Origin: Verrucomicrobiota bacterium
Lineage (GTDB): Bacteria > Verrucomicrobiota > Verrucomicrobiia > Verrucomicrobiales > Akkermansiaceae
Assembly (NCBI GenBank): GCA_037142115.1
Contig: JBAXBG010000001.1
Location: 931-64,930 of the forward strand
Direction of reading: 5' to 3'
Length of the DNA: 64,000 nt
Position numbers and translations under genes: made by a program. The notes under the pieces are model-generated. The model was given only the letters and a program-made list of their open reading frames with translations. It was not told where the DNA came from and made no database searches. Below are positions 17,682-27,629 of the stretch, piece after piece (position 1 is the first letter of the stretch; each line of letters begins with the position of its first letter).

Positions 17682-20600
17682 CCCACATCCTTGGGCGGCC
17701 CTCGCGCTGATCATTCTGCTGGGCGTCACGCCGCCCGCGCAGGGCTCGATCTCCCGGTATTTCAACCCGGTGTTTGGCAGCGGGAGCGAGGCCGACCCCG
17801 ATGTGATTCGCCACAACGGAATGTATTACGCCTACATTTCCGCCACGACCCCCACCGCTGGCTACAAGGTTTACCGCTCCATGGATCTGGTGAACTGGTC
17901 CGAGGGGCCCCAGGTGTTCACCGGCGGCACCGGCCTGTGGGCGCCGGACGTTTGCTACAACCCGTCTAACCAGACATTCTGTCTCTATTACACCGCCGAC
18001 AGCCCGACCAACCCGGCCAACAAGGTGATCGGCGTAGCGACCTGCGCCACCCCGGACGGCAACTTCACCGACCAGGGGGTCCTGACCGACGGGGTCGACG
18101 CCCATCTGTTTGCGGATGACGATGGCTCACTCTATCTCTTCTACAAGGGCGCGGCGAACCTGTGTGTGAACAAGCTGACCGACCTGACGCATCTCGGCCC
18201 GACAACCATCTCCTGGACCGCGGAAACCACCGACGCGGAAGGCCCGTTCGTGCTCAAACACAATGGAACCTATTACCTGTTATACTCGTATAACGGCGCG
18301 ATGGGGCCCACGTACGCCGTCGGCTACGCCACGGCCACCAACCCGCTGGGTCCCTGGACGCGGTATCCGGGCAACCCGATTGTGTCCCGGACCGCCGGGC
18401 CGTCATGGTATCGGGTGGAGAACACGACCGCCCCGGTCAATGGAACCGCCAAAACAGCCGCCTACGGCCGGAACTACTGGGCGGATTTCAACGGCCAATC
18501 CTCGCCCTCGGGAGGCACGTCCTGTTATTTGGGCAACTACGGCGGCGCGGTGACCTGGGCGAGGACCGGCGTGCCTTTTGCGGCCAACACCAGCTACCAT
18601 CTGACTTGGGCGGTCGGGCTGCGCAACAACGTCGGCGGCGCCGACAACAACGACCAGATCGAACTCTATTACTACAACGGCACCGACATCACGCCGGTGG
18701 CTCAGAGCGCGGCGCTCAAAAACCTGCCAGAATACACCACCACCACCGGTTGGCAGAATGTCAGTTTCAGCTACCGCTGCGCAACCGGCGGCGCGGAGAT
18801 CGGCAAGGAGATCGTGGTGGCATTTCGCCGCAACCGGCAGGACACGGCTCCCGCGACTTACACCTACACCGCCGCGGATGGACACTGGCAGTCGAATGTC
18901 GATGACCCCCGGCTGGATGCCGACAGCACCCGGATCTGGAGCGATGACCTGGACGACCGGGTATATGGCCCGGGCCACGGCAGCGTGATCGCCGATGACG
19001 CCGGCGCGCTGTGGCATATCTATCACCAAAAGCTCAATCCCACGTGGGATTGGTCGCGCGCGGTCTGTCTCGACCCGCTGTGGTTCGACGGGCAGGGGGT
19101 TCTGCACAGCCGGACCACCCGCGGCAGCGCCCAGAATGCGCCGACGATCACGGTGCCGGTCTTCACTTGGACCGGCGCCACCAGTACCGCCTGGACCAAC
19201 GCCGCCAACTGGTCGCCAGCCGTGCCCGACGTGTTCGGCGATGCCGTCATCGCCACCACCACCGGCAAAACCAGCCTGAACCTGACCGACTCGCGCACGA
19301 TCCGGAGCCTGATCTTCGGGGACACCAGCAATCGCACCACCGCCTTCACCATCACCGGCAGCACGGCTGCCTGCACCCTCACTCTCACCAACGATTTCAC
19401 CGCCAACGGTGCGGGCGGCACCCTGGCTGCCGTGGATTTGTTCAAAATCCCCGTCACCATCGCCAACGACCAAATCTGGACCGTCGGCGGCAGCCCGGGG
19501 TCAGCCACCAGCGACGCCGGCATTCGCCTGGTGCCTCGTGCCAGCGGCACGCCGAATGCCCTGACTCTAACCGGCACGCTCACCAAGTCGGGTCCCGGAC
19601 AGCTGTCGTTGGTGGGCCAGAACGTCGCCAACGGCAACATCGTGGTCAACCAGGGCTCGTTGAAACTCAACGCCGGCAGCGGCAGCGTGCTGACCGTCGG
19701 CGGCAGCGGCTCGATCACGGCCAACCGTGGCGCCAGCATCATGCTCAGCAAGAACAGCGGCACCTTCGAGATCACCAAGCCCTTCGTAATGAATGCCGGA
19801 TCGTCGCTCCAGTACGGTTCCGCGAGCGCCCAAACCGCCAGTTTTGACATGCCGGTGAGCTGGACGGGCGCGGTCACCATGGAGTATCTAGCCACCGCCA
19901 CCCAGACGAACAGCTTCACCAACAACTGGAGCGGCGACGCCGCGATCACCTTGACCCAGAATGGCGCCACCGCCGGGTATCTCCAGCTCTCCGGCAACAA
20001 CACCCACCTGTCCGGCAGCTTCACCCACGACTGCGCCAACCAGCGCGTGCGCTTCCTCAACGAGAACGCCAGCAGCTCCAGCGTGGCGTGGTCCCTGGCG
20101 ACTTCGTCAGCCTGCCTGGAAACCTTCGGCCCGGCTAACATCAACCTCGGATCGCTGGCTGGCCCCGCGGGCAGTGTGCGCAACTCGAATCCCGACGCCT
20201 CCCCTGCCACCGTGACCGTCGGCGCGCTGGACACGAGCGCGGATTTCGGCGGCGTGCTGGCTGACAACACGGCCGCGCTGGGCTTGGTCAAGGTCGGCTC
20301 GGGGACCTTCACCCTCAGTGGTGCCAGCACCTACAGCGGTCCCACCACCGTCAGCGCCGGCACGCTGGCCACCGCCGCCGCCAATGCCCTGCCCGGTGGC
20401 ACGACGGTCAATCTGGCTGGTGGCACGCTGGCGCTGGGCGCCGCCGCAACTGTCAGCGCCCTCCAATTTGACGGCCGCAGCCAGGTTGCCGGCAGCTGGG
20501 GCTCAGTGAATTCCGGGGCCGCTCACCCGAGTGTGCGCTTCACCGGCAGCGGCGTTCTAACCGTCGCGACCGGTGCCGCGGCCACCTTCGCGAGCTGGGT

Positions 20601-21009
20601 CGACGGATTTTTCGCGGGGGCCGCCGCGCCGGCCGTGGCCGGGTTTGCGGCGGACCCGGATGGAGATGGCGTCCCCAACGGACTTGAATGGATTCTCGGC
20701 GGAAACCCCAACTCGCCGGACGCGGCCTCGCTCCTAACCCCCAGCACCGGCTCCGTGGCCGGGATGACGCTGCGCTTCACCCGCGAGGAGTCGTCGCTCG
20801 GCGTCGCCGAACTGGCCGCGCAGTGGACCACCGATCCGGCCGCACCGTGGCACGACATTCCGATCACTCAGGGCGGGGGCTCCTATCCGAACGGAATTGA
20901 GGTCGCGGTCAACCAGGCCGCGACTCCGGACGTGGTCACCGTCACCATCCCGCAAGCCGTCGCTCCCGCCGGCCGCCTGTTCCTGCGCCTGAGGGCGGTT
21001 ATGCCCTAA
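17638..21009 (+). CDS. GH43 glycoside hydrolase fused to PATR repeats
   Basis: GH43 propeller motifs ADPDVIRHNGMYYAY, LWAPDVCYN, AEGPFVLKHNGTYYLLYS and GPGHGSV..WHIYH, then PATR repeats, then a C-terminal DPDGDGVPNGLEWILGGNP module. The start is uncertain (ORF opens at 17542; the ATG at 17638 precedes the signal peptide). Confidence 0.85.
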   Translation: MATPNPCPLSPSGLDPHPWAALALIILLGVTPPAQGSISRYFNPVFGSGSEADPDVIRHNGMYYAYISATTPTAGYKVYRSMDLVNWSEGPQVFTGGTGLWAPDVCYNPSNQTFCLYYTADSPTNPANKVIGVATCATPDGNFTDQGVLTDGVDAHLFADDDGSLYLFYKGAANLCVNKLTDLTHLGPTTISWTAETTDAEGPFVLKHNGTYYLLYSYNGAMGPTYAVGYATATNPLGPWTRYPGNPIVSRTAGPSWYRVENTTAPVNGTAKTAAYGRNYWADFNGQSSPSGGTSCYLGNYGGAVTWARTGVPFAANTSYHLTWAVGLRNNVGGADNNDQIELYYYNGTDITPVAQSAALKNLPEYTTTTGWQNVSFSYRCATGGAEIGKEIVVAFRRNRQDTAPATYTYTAADGHWQSNVDDPRLDADSTRIWSDDLDDRVYGPGHGSVIADDAGALWHIYHQKLNPTWDWSRAVCLDPLWFDGQGVLHSRTTRGSAQNAPTITVPVFTWTGATSTAWTNAANWSPAVPDVFGDAVIATTTGKTSLNLTDSRTIRSLIFGDTSNRTTAFTITGSTAACTLTLTNDFTANGAGGTLAAVDLFKIPVTIANDQIWTVGGSPGSATSDAGIRLVPRASGTPNALTLTGTLTKSGPGQLSLVGQNVANGNIVVNQGSLKLNAGSGSVLTVGGSGSITANRGASIMLSKNSGTFEITKPFVMNAGSSLQYGSASAQTASFDMPVSWTGAVTMEYLATATQTNSFTNNWSGDAAITLTQNGATAGYLQLSGNNTHLSGSFTHDCANQRVRFLNENASSSSVAWSLATSSACLETFGPANINLGSLAGPAGSVRNSNPDASPATVTVGALDTSADFGGVLADNTAALGLVKVGSGTFTLSGASTYSGPTTVSAGTLATAAANALPGGTTVNLAGGTLALGAAATVSALQFDGRSQVAGSWGSVNSGAAHPSVRFTGSGVLTVATGAAATFASWVDGFFAGAAAPAVAGFAADPDGDGVPNGLEWILGGNPNSPDAASLLTPSTGSVAGMTLRFTREESSLGVAELAAQWTTDPAAPWHDIPITQGGGSYPNGIEVAVNQAATPDVVTVTIPQAVAPAGRLFLRLRAVMP

Positions 21010-21019
21010 CTTACAACCC

Positions 21020-23365
21020 TCAGTATTGCAGGACCAGCGTCCCGTGGACCCGCAGTTCCGGCAGTGAGGTGCGCAGACACCCCATGGTCACGTCGAAGTC
21101 GAGTTTGACCGGCTGTTGGAGGCCTCTGACATCGGGGCTCGCGAAAAACACCTCGCGCGGCGCCACTCCGCCGGGCAAATCCATCGCGATCGGGAAATTG
21201 ATTTTCGGACTCGGGTACGGCCCCTCCTCCGACCAACTCCGGTTCGTCCCGGCATGCAATAACTGGACAACCAAGGACTGCTTTTGTGGCGCGGCATAAA
21301 CGCGGGTGATGCAATCGGCAACCATGACATCACGCCGGATGTTATACACGTTCCGGCCGTGGGTGTAGCCGAGCATGAGCGCGTCGTGTTCATGGTAAGC
21401 CCGCAGCAATTCCTCGTTGCCCGAGCGCAGCGGGTGATGGTCGGGATAATAAAGCGAGTTCAATCCATGCATCACCGAGCGGCGCTCGTCGGGTTCTCCG
21501 ACCACCATGAGCGATCCGCCGCCGGTCATGGTTGCGCCAAGGATGCGGGCCAGCGTGGCGGGTGGCCAGGCGACCTGCTTCGGGTCCATGTCCGCAGGAT
21601 AAAGCTTGAGCACCACCCGCTGGCGCAGTTGCTCGCGGTGCCGGCAGCAGATATCGACCAGATCCTCGAGTTGCTCGGCATGCGAGCGCCAGATTTCGAG
21701 GAACAGAAAGTCCGTGACATCGTGCATCCGCTCGCCGGAAAACTCGTTCACGTTGTTCACTGCCACCAGTCCGTTAGGTTTTGATTTACGGGTGAGCGCG
21801 TGGATATCGCCGACGAAATCATGCAGCACGTTGACCAACAGATCGCCATTGCGGCTGCTGCCCTTGGCATAAAACCGGGTCTCGGCGGCATCGCCGTAGG
21901 TGTCGATTTCAAACCCGTCGAACGACAACAGATCCTCCGGCGTGTCATCGAGAGCCCGTGCGAGATTTTCCATGATGTATTGATGCCAGGGAGAGTCGCC
22001 GGCGATATTGGTCAGCCAGAACCATTTGGGTTTATGCATCTGGTCGGCTTGGGCCTCGGTCATGATCTCGCCGTTGAAAACCTTGGGGGCACCCAGCGCG
22101 TCGGTCATCGGAAAAGGATGCTTTTGATAGACGCTGGCCGAGGCGGCGTAGGCGGAGACATAGGCCAGGGAGAGGATGTTACGGCGGCGGCCAGCGTCCA
22201 TTTTGGCCTTGATGTCGCGGCCATTGATCCGGGTGCCGAACGGCTCGAACCGATACTCCGCTTCGCGCGGCGCGTAGGATCCGTGGGCGGGGAAATAGTC
22301 GTAATATTCGACGGCATTGATGTGCAGGCGCGCCAGCATCGCGGCCTTGGCGTCGTAGTCCCCGTCGAACTTCCCGTAGTTGGAATAGAAACCGTAGCGC
22401 AAGTCATCGGCCACATTCCCGACCACCGACAACACCGCGCCGCCCCATTGGAACACCCGGTCGCCGCGAACAACTTCCACTTTCAGCAAGTATCCACCCT
22501 CCCGTTCCAACGCTGGGATGACGAGGTGATTTTCCCCGTGGATGGCCGGCTGCGCGGCCCTATGGACGACCTGCCCAAGAGGCGTTTTGATTTCGATTTG
22601 GATGACCGTGCCGCCCCGGGTGTCCGCGTCGTCGAGCGCTAGCGTGAACGAGTTGCGCTGGTCTGGCCGGACCCACACCTCTTTGACCTGAACCTCCAGA
22701 TTGGGTGGCACCACCGCCGTCTGGTGCCTGCCGGCTGGAACAGCGACCTGCGGGCCGCTGCCGAACGATGCCGCAATGGCGGAGACCTCCAACAGGCTGT
22801 GGCCCGCGGCGTCACGCGCCGCGACATTCGGATCGGCGACCCATTGGTATCCGCCAGCCGCATTCTCGATCACATATTGATATTGATAGATCGCCGGCTG
22901 GAGGGCGATTCTCTTGAACCAAATGCCAGCCGCGCCTTGGTTCATGGCAAAGCGTGGGTCGGTGACTTTGCCGCTGGTGTTATGTGCCCAGGAATTGAAA
23001 TCGCCAGCCAGAAAAACCCGGCGCGTTCCCGCCGGCGCGCGGAACCGAAAGACCATCGAATCACCGATGCGTTCCGGATCCCGCTCGCGGCCGGACGCCT
23101 CAGGCAAGGCCGGTTGCTGGTCCGCGGGAGATTGCAACCGTGTCCAGACCTTATCCCAAGCGGCGCTTGGCACCGCGAGTCCGGAATGTTCAAGCGCCGG
23201 GGATTGCGCGGGCGTGACCTCCGCGATCGGACGCCCGGCCTCAGCTGCGGGCGGCTCATGGCACTTGTAACTGGCGATGCCGAATGCAGCCAGGGCGATG
23301 AGCATCGGCCACCAAAAGAATTTCCCGCCGCCGAAACGGTGATGCCTGGCAGAGGCGGTAGTCAC
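21020..23365 (-). CDS. GH66-like TIM-barrel glycoside hydrolase with an N-terminal CBM48-like module
   Basis: FRFRAPAGTRRVFLAGDFNSWAH is CBM48/AMPK-beta-like. LHINAVEYYDYF and FDGFEIDTYGD resemble the GH66 dextranase/CITase barrel motifs. The family call is tentative. Confidence 0.75.
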   Translation of the reverse strand: MTTASARHHRFGGGKFFWWPMLIALAAFGIASYKCHEPPAAEAGRPIAEVTPAQSPALEHSGLAVPSAAWDKVWTRLQSPADQQPALPEASGRERDPERIGDSMVFRFRAPAGTRRVFLAGDFNSWAHNTSGKVTDPRFAMNQGAAGIWFKRIALQPAIYQYQYVIENAAGGYQWVADPNVAARDAAGHSLLEVSAIAASFGSGPQVAVPAGRHQTAVVPPNLEVQVKEVWVRPDQRNSFTLALDDADTRGGTVIQIEIKTPLGQVVHRAAQPAIHGENHLVIPALEREGGYLLKVEVVRGDRVFQWGGAVLSVVGNVADDLRYGFYSNYGKFDGDYDAKAAMLARLHINAVEYYDYFPAHGSYAPREAEYRFEPFGTRINGRDIKAKMDAGRRRNILSLAYVSAYAASASVYQKHPFPMTDALGAPKVFNGEIMTEAQADQMHKPKWFWLTNIAGDSPWHQYIMENLARALDDTPEDLLSFDGFEIDTYGDAAETRFYAKGSSRNGDLLVNVLHDFVGDIHALTRKSKPNGLVAVNNVNEFSGERMHDVTDFLFLEIWRSHAEQLEDLVDICCRHREQLRQRVVLKLYPADMDPKQVAWPPATLARILGATMTGGGSLMVVGEPDERRSVMHGLNSLYYPDHHPLRSGNEELLRAYHEHDALMLGYTHGRNVYNIRRDVMVADCITRVYAAPQKQSLVVQLLHAGTNRSWSEEGPYPSPKINFPIAMDLPGGVAPREVFFASPDVRGLQQPVKLDFDVTMGCLRTSLPELRVHGTLVLQY

Positions 23366-24096
23366 TGGGATATGATGAGATGGTTCACATACAAATCGTT
23401 TTCCGTTCCTTTGTCCGTCTCGCTCACATAAAACTTAAACCCGCAGGCCACGCCGCCATAACCGCCCTCGGCGGTCGCGCTGACGCCGCCACGACGGGTG
23501 ATTTTCCAGGTGCCTCCAGCAGGACCGGTCTGGGTGAACAGCAGGGTGAATGAGGAGTTGTTATGGTAGGTGGCACCAATGGAACCGTTGCCTGTCAATG
23601 CCTGGCTGACGACGTAGTCTTCGGATCCGACGTTAAAGTTGAAGATGACTTTGCCGCCGGGGCCGCACAGGTCGACGCCTTTCTGGCCGCTGCGGAAATT
23701 CACCGCCAGGTCGACGGCCAGTTTTTGGCCCGGCTCGAGCGGTGAGGCAAGAGTGCGGTAGGCCTGTGCGCTGCGGTCCTTTTCCTTGGCAAACATCCCG
23801 AAGGACTTGCCGTTGGAGTCGATGTCGGCTCCGGACTCCCCGGCGACTTTCTTGGAGCTGCCGATAAAAAACCCGCAGCCGCCGGTGGTGTCCGAGGAGA
23901 TGAGATTCCATCCCACAAAGCCGCTGCCGCCGTTGGTGCCCGAACCCCAACCGGGCTGGTTGTCTTTCTGGTATGCGGGATGATCCGCTTGATCGCCGCC
24001 CGGCGTGGCCGCGAGGCAATGAGCACAGAACCCGAGGGTGCCGATCAGGAGAAGTTTCACCATCGCAAGTGGCGTGGTCTTGTGGCTTGTTATCAT
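23362..24096 (-). CDS. secreted hypothetical protein, possibly a divergent member of the WSIWCYG6 domain family
   Basis: Signal peptide. No recognised family. The stop overlaps the downstream GH66-like start by 4 nt. Shares weak collinear motifs with the domain at 29034-29612. Confidence 0.7.
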   Translation of the reverse strand: MITSHKTTPLAMVKLLLIGTLGFCAHCLAATPGGDQADHPAYQKDNQPGWGSGTNGGSGFVGWNLISSDTTGGCGFFIGSSKKVAGESGADIDSNGKSFGMFAKEKDRSAQAYRTLASPLEPGQKLAVDLAVNFRSGQKGVDLCGPGGKVIFNFNVGSEDYVVSQALTGNGSIGATYHNNSSFTLLFTQTGPAGGTWKITRRGGVSATAEGGYGGVACGFKFYVSETDKGTENDLYVNHLIISQ

Positions 24097-24114
24097 GACG
24101 GTAGATGTTGGGGG

Positions 24115-26709
24115 TTATTGACTGGGAATTTCCTTACGCGACAAAAGGACCGGCGGTTTCAGATAGAGGACATGCGCCGCCGAAATATTCACGTAGTTGT
24201 AGCTGTCGTCCCCGCCGCCGGGCAACGCCGTGTAGCGCTCGTTGCTTTTCAGGTAGCTCATGTTGCGCGAGCAGTCGTCTTCCGACAGGCGGATGGAATA
24301 GCTCTCGCCCTGGACCAGATCCGCAGCAATCGCGTTGGACAGATCCCATCTCCGCCAGTCTCCGGAGTGCGGCATCACCAGATAACCGGAACCCACGGCT
24401 TCGCCCGAAGGCACCTTGCAGACCACGAGTCTCTTGACCGCGCAGGTGATGCCGGTGTTGACCGGCCCGGAGCCGTTGGAGAATTCCATCCGGACTGAAT
24501 GACGTCCGGAACGAGGCACCTGGAAACTCCGGGTAGCCAGCGTGTCGCCGGGCTTCCCCCAATTCTCGAAATGGTGGCCGCCGACCAGGTTTCCTCCCCG
24601 GTTTGCCATGGCCTGCGCCGGAATGACCTGTTGCTGGTCCGGGGTCCGGTAGCAGCGGGCGGGTGCCGGGTGCGAGACATTGCCACTTTTCGGGCAGGTC
24701 GCGGTGATCGTGTAGGCACGGACATGGTCCTCGAAGTCGGCGGACTGGGGGTCGTTCCATTGCGTTTCACGGAGATTTTCCGCGCAGAGTTTCCCGTCAC
24801 GATAGATCGTGAAAAGAACCTTGCGGGCGTCGGGATGCTTGTAATGCAGCGTCAGTTGTCCATGGCCCAGGGTGATGCCGCCCATGGCATCATCCCACTC
24901 CGGTTGGAGTGGGCTGAACAGCGCGGCTTCATCGGAAACATCGACCCTCTTGATGGAATCCGCTCTGCCACCAGCAACAGGAGCCTTCAGAGCAATTTCC
25001 CAGATGTTTTCGGCCCGCAGTTTTTCGGCATTGGCAAATCCACCGGTGAAGGTCGCACCATTCAGAGTGACCTGCGCCACGGTGCAGACACCGCTGGAGA
25101 ACGTGCCGGCACCAGGCAGGCTCACCCGCACCCGGTTGCGGGTGCCTTGGAAGTCGAAATTCTGCAATTCAATGGCATCCGCGGCAGCGAATGACCCGTT
25201 GCGGAGCTTGGCGGTGATGAATGGCGCAAAACGAATGCCCTCGACGGATGTTTCCAAACCAAACACCACATCCTGAACCATCGCCAGGTAACCGCCCACG
25301 GACCAAAGCTGGCGTTGTGAATTGATGACCGGTCCTTGACGCGGACCTTGCGCGACCTCCGCCTGGCCCGTGATGAAATCGTAATTCTCCATGTTGGAGA
25401 GGTTCGCTGCGGCCAGGCGCGACAGCGACTCGATGCCGGCATCGACCGCCGCGGCATTGCCCGCCGCCTTCGCCGCCTTGGTCCAATAGGCAGTGACGAA
25501 CGGCCAGATCGCCTGATTGTGATAGATGGGCGCGCCCCGCTCCTGTGGCCAAACGACCGGCGGGCCGATGGGGCCGGTCGGATAGCTTGCAACCATGCGC
25601 TCCGCCTGTTGCCGGTCCGCCACGCCCAGCAGGATGGCCAGCGATTGACCCAGAAGATCATAGCGGTTGACGGCCACGGCCGAGGTGCCGTCATCGGAAA
25701 GGAGATACGTCCGATAGAGCCCCGCAGGCCCGTCCCAGAAACGCCGGTTGATAGCGGCTTTCAGCTCGGCCGCCCATTGTTGGTATTTCGCGCGCGCCGG
25801 GGCATCGCCAAGCACGCCGGCGAATTCGCCGGCCTTTTCCAGCAGGAAGTAATTCGCGGCGTTCACCGACACCGCCTTGGACATGCCGACCGCCAGCACG
25901 TTGTTAGCAGTCCAGCCCGGATAGGTCTGTTCCCGCCAGTCGAGAAATGACTGTTCGCCACGGTACAGCCCGTCACTCACATCGAAAACAAGCTGCCGGT
26001 CCTGTTCGATCGTGTCGCGGAATATCGGATAAATGGTTTGGATGAACCTCTCGCGCGCCGCACCTGCCAGATACTTCGATGTCTCATACGCTCCCAGCGC
26101 CCACACCACGCGGTCCGATGAGACGGGGTAACTGCCACCCGAACCGGTGTCCTGAACCATCTGCCGGGCAAACCCGCCGTGAACGGCGGGCTTCAGGCCG
26201 GACGCCTTGAACAGAAGCGAGTCGGCGGCCCGCGTCGGGTCGAATCCGGCGAGCGACAGGTGCAGGGAATAGGCCAGGTCCCGCGTCCACACATATTTCC
26301 ATTTGGCTCCGGTCTGATAGGCGTTGACCCGGATCGGAGCACCGCCCGAATAGGCGTTGTCGCTGATTTCGGCGACCGAGTTTTCCACAGCCTCGCCAAC
26401 CGCCAGCGCGTAAAGCCCGTCGAAGAGCACGTTGCCAGTGCGGATGCGGGCATGATCCGGGAGCTCCGTCACCACAACCCGCTTGTCCGCCGGATGGTTG
26501 TCTCTCAGGTTGGCGGTGCTCGAGAGTTCATAACTCCGCCCCGCCCCCCGCGCATCACTCATGGTCGCGCGGAACCCGGGGCCCTCCACGGGCCGGCCCT
26601 CACCGGCAAGCAGCAGGCATGACGGAAAAAATACGGCGGCACCAAGCGCCGCGGAGATGATAGTTTGACGATCGTGGATCATGTTGGTTTGACAGATAAT
26701 GACTTGCAT
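24115..26709 (-). CDS. GH15-like (alpha/alpha)6-barrel glycoside hydrolase with a C-terminal CBM6/35-like module
   Basis: WKYVWTRDLAYSL matches the GH15 YxWxRD motif. The C-terminal ENWGKPGDTLATRSFQVPRSGRHSVRMEFSNG is typical of a CBM6/35 jelly-roll. Confidence 0.8.
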   Translation of the reverse strand: MQVIICQTNMIHDRQTIISAALGAAVFFPSCLLLAGEGRPVEGPGFRATMSDARGAGRSYELSSTANLRDNHPADKRVVVTELPDHARIRTGNVLFDGLYALAVGEAVENSVAEISDNAYSGGAPIRVNAYQTGAKWKYVWTRDLAYSLHLSLAGFDPTRAADSLLFKASGLKPAVHGGFARQMVQDTGSGGSYPVSSDRVVWALGAYETSKYLAGAARERFIQTIYPIFRDTIEQDRQLVFDVSDGLYRGEQSFLDWREQTYPGWTANNVLAVGMSKAVSVNAANYFLLEKAGEFAGVLGDAPARAKYQQWAAELKAAINRRFWDGPAGLYRTYLLSDDGTSAVAVNRYDLLGQSLAILLGVADRQQAERMVASYPTGPIGPPVVWPQERGAPIYHNQAIWPFVTAYWTKAAKAAGNAAAVDAGIESLSRLAAANLSNMENYDFITGQAEVAQGPRQGPVINSQRQLWSVGGYLAMVQDVVFGLETSVEGIRFAPFITAKLRNGSFAAADAIELQNFDFQGTRNRVRVSLPGAGTFSSGVCTVAQVTLNGATFTGGFANAEKLRAENIWEIALKAPVAGGRADSIKRVDVSDEAALFSPLQPEWDDAMGGITLGHGQLTLHYKHPDARKVLFTIYRDGKLCAENLRETQWNDPQSADFEDHVRAYTITATCPKSGNVSHPAPARCYRTPDQQQVIPAQAMANRGGNLVGGHHFENWGKPGDTLATRSFQVPRSGRHSVRMEFSNGSGPVNTGITCAVKRLVVCKVPSGEAVGSGYLVMPHSGDWRRWDLSNAIAADLVQGESYSIRLSEDDCSRNMSYLKSNERYTALPGGGDDSYNYVNISAAHVLYLKPPVLLSRKEIPSQ

Positions 26710-26718
26710 CCAGCCGGA

Positions 26719-27498
26719 TCATCGGCTGCCGCCCCAGAACACGCTGCTCACGCCGCCCAGTTTGTCGAAGCGCCGGATGTCTTCATTGGACAGCAATTCC
26801 GTGTGCCCGTCATAAAATACGGCAATCGCCTTGTTGTTGTGTCGATAGGCAATCTGCCCGTTGTCGGTTTTGCCCTCCACTGGATTCGCCAACCACGAGC
26901 TGCGGCCGTCAAAGCGGACCAGATAGTCCGTGGCCGTGATGAAGTTCATCATCCGTGCCGGCGCGCTCATCCTAACAACCGACTGCTGGGCCTTTTGATT
27001 CCTCCCTCCAGATACGTAGGGGAGCGGTATATTTTCGTCATTGTAGCCGTAGCTTGCTGAAATCCGGTCCGAAAACCGCTTCTTGGCCCGCACCGCGAGC
27101 GGGTCGAGCACCACTTCCGGCATGCCGCCGATGCCCTCGTATCCGGTGACCCCGTTGAGAAACTCAGTGTCCCCGATCAAGGGGCCGAGGAAATCCGCGT
27201 TGAAGTGCCACATCACGCCGGCCTGTCCATTCCCGTCGAAGGAGAGGATCGGAACGTAACTGCCGTTGTGCTCGGTGGCGTAGATGGCATTCGCGGTGCC
27301 AAGACCCTTGATTCGGTCGGTCGAGAGCACCATGGAACTCGCCGCGCGGGCGCGCTGCCAACCCGCCATGGCCAGGCTGGCAAGGACGGCGATGATCAGG
27401 ACGACCACCAGCACCTCCACCAGGGTGAAACCTGCGCGGCTGAAGCGATGGCCTTTCATGAATGTGACCTGGGGTGCCGTGGTTTGCGGGATTGCCAT
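26719..27498 (-). CDS. prepilin-type N-terminal cleavage/methylation domain protein (H-X9-DG class)
   Basis: MKGHRFSRAGFTLVEVLVVVLIIAVLASLA prepilin signal, so the likely true start is 27459. C-terminal HNNKAIAVFYDGH. Confidence 0.9.
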   Translation of the reverse strand: MAIPQTTAPQVTFMKGHRFSRAGFTLVEVLVVVLIIAVLASLAMAGWQRARAASSMVLSTDRIKGLGTANAIYATEHNGSYVPILSFDGNGQAGVMWHFNADFLGPLIGDTEFLNGVTGYEGIGGMPEVVLDPLAVRAKKRFSDRISASYGYNDENIPLPYVSGGRNQKAQQSVVRMSAPARMMNFITATDYLVRFDGRSSWLANPVEGKTDNGQIAYRHNNKAIAVFYDGHTELLSNEDIRRFDKLGGVSSVFWGGSR

Positions 27499-27629
27499 CT
27501 GGAGTGGTGCGGTAAAGCTATCAAAACGCCGAATCCTCGGTGAACTTCGCGGGATTCACCTGCATACGGCGGATAATGCCTTTAGGTTTATCGCAAGCTT
27601 CGCGCTTCGCTCTCAAACCCCAATCCACG

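Noticed and set aside
27499-27629. Hairpin GAATCC-(15 nt)-GGATTC in the GH16/prepilin intergenic region, considered as a terminator.
   Set aside because: The stem is only 6 bp with a large loop and no U-tract. The flanking genes look co-oriented and probably co-transcribed.
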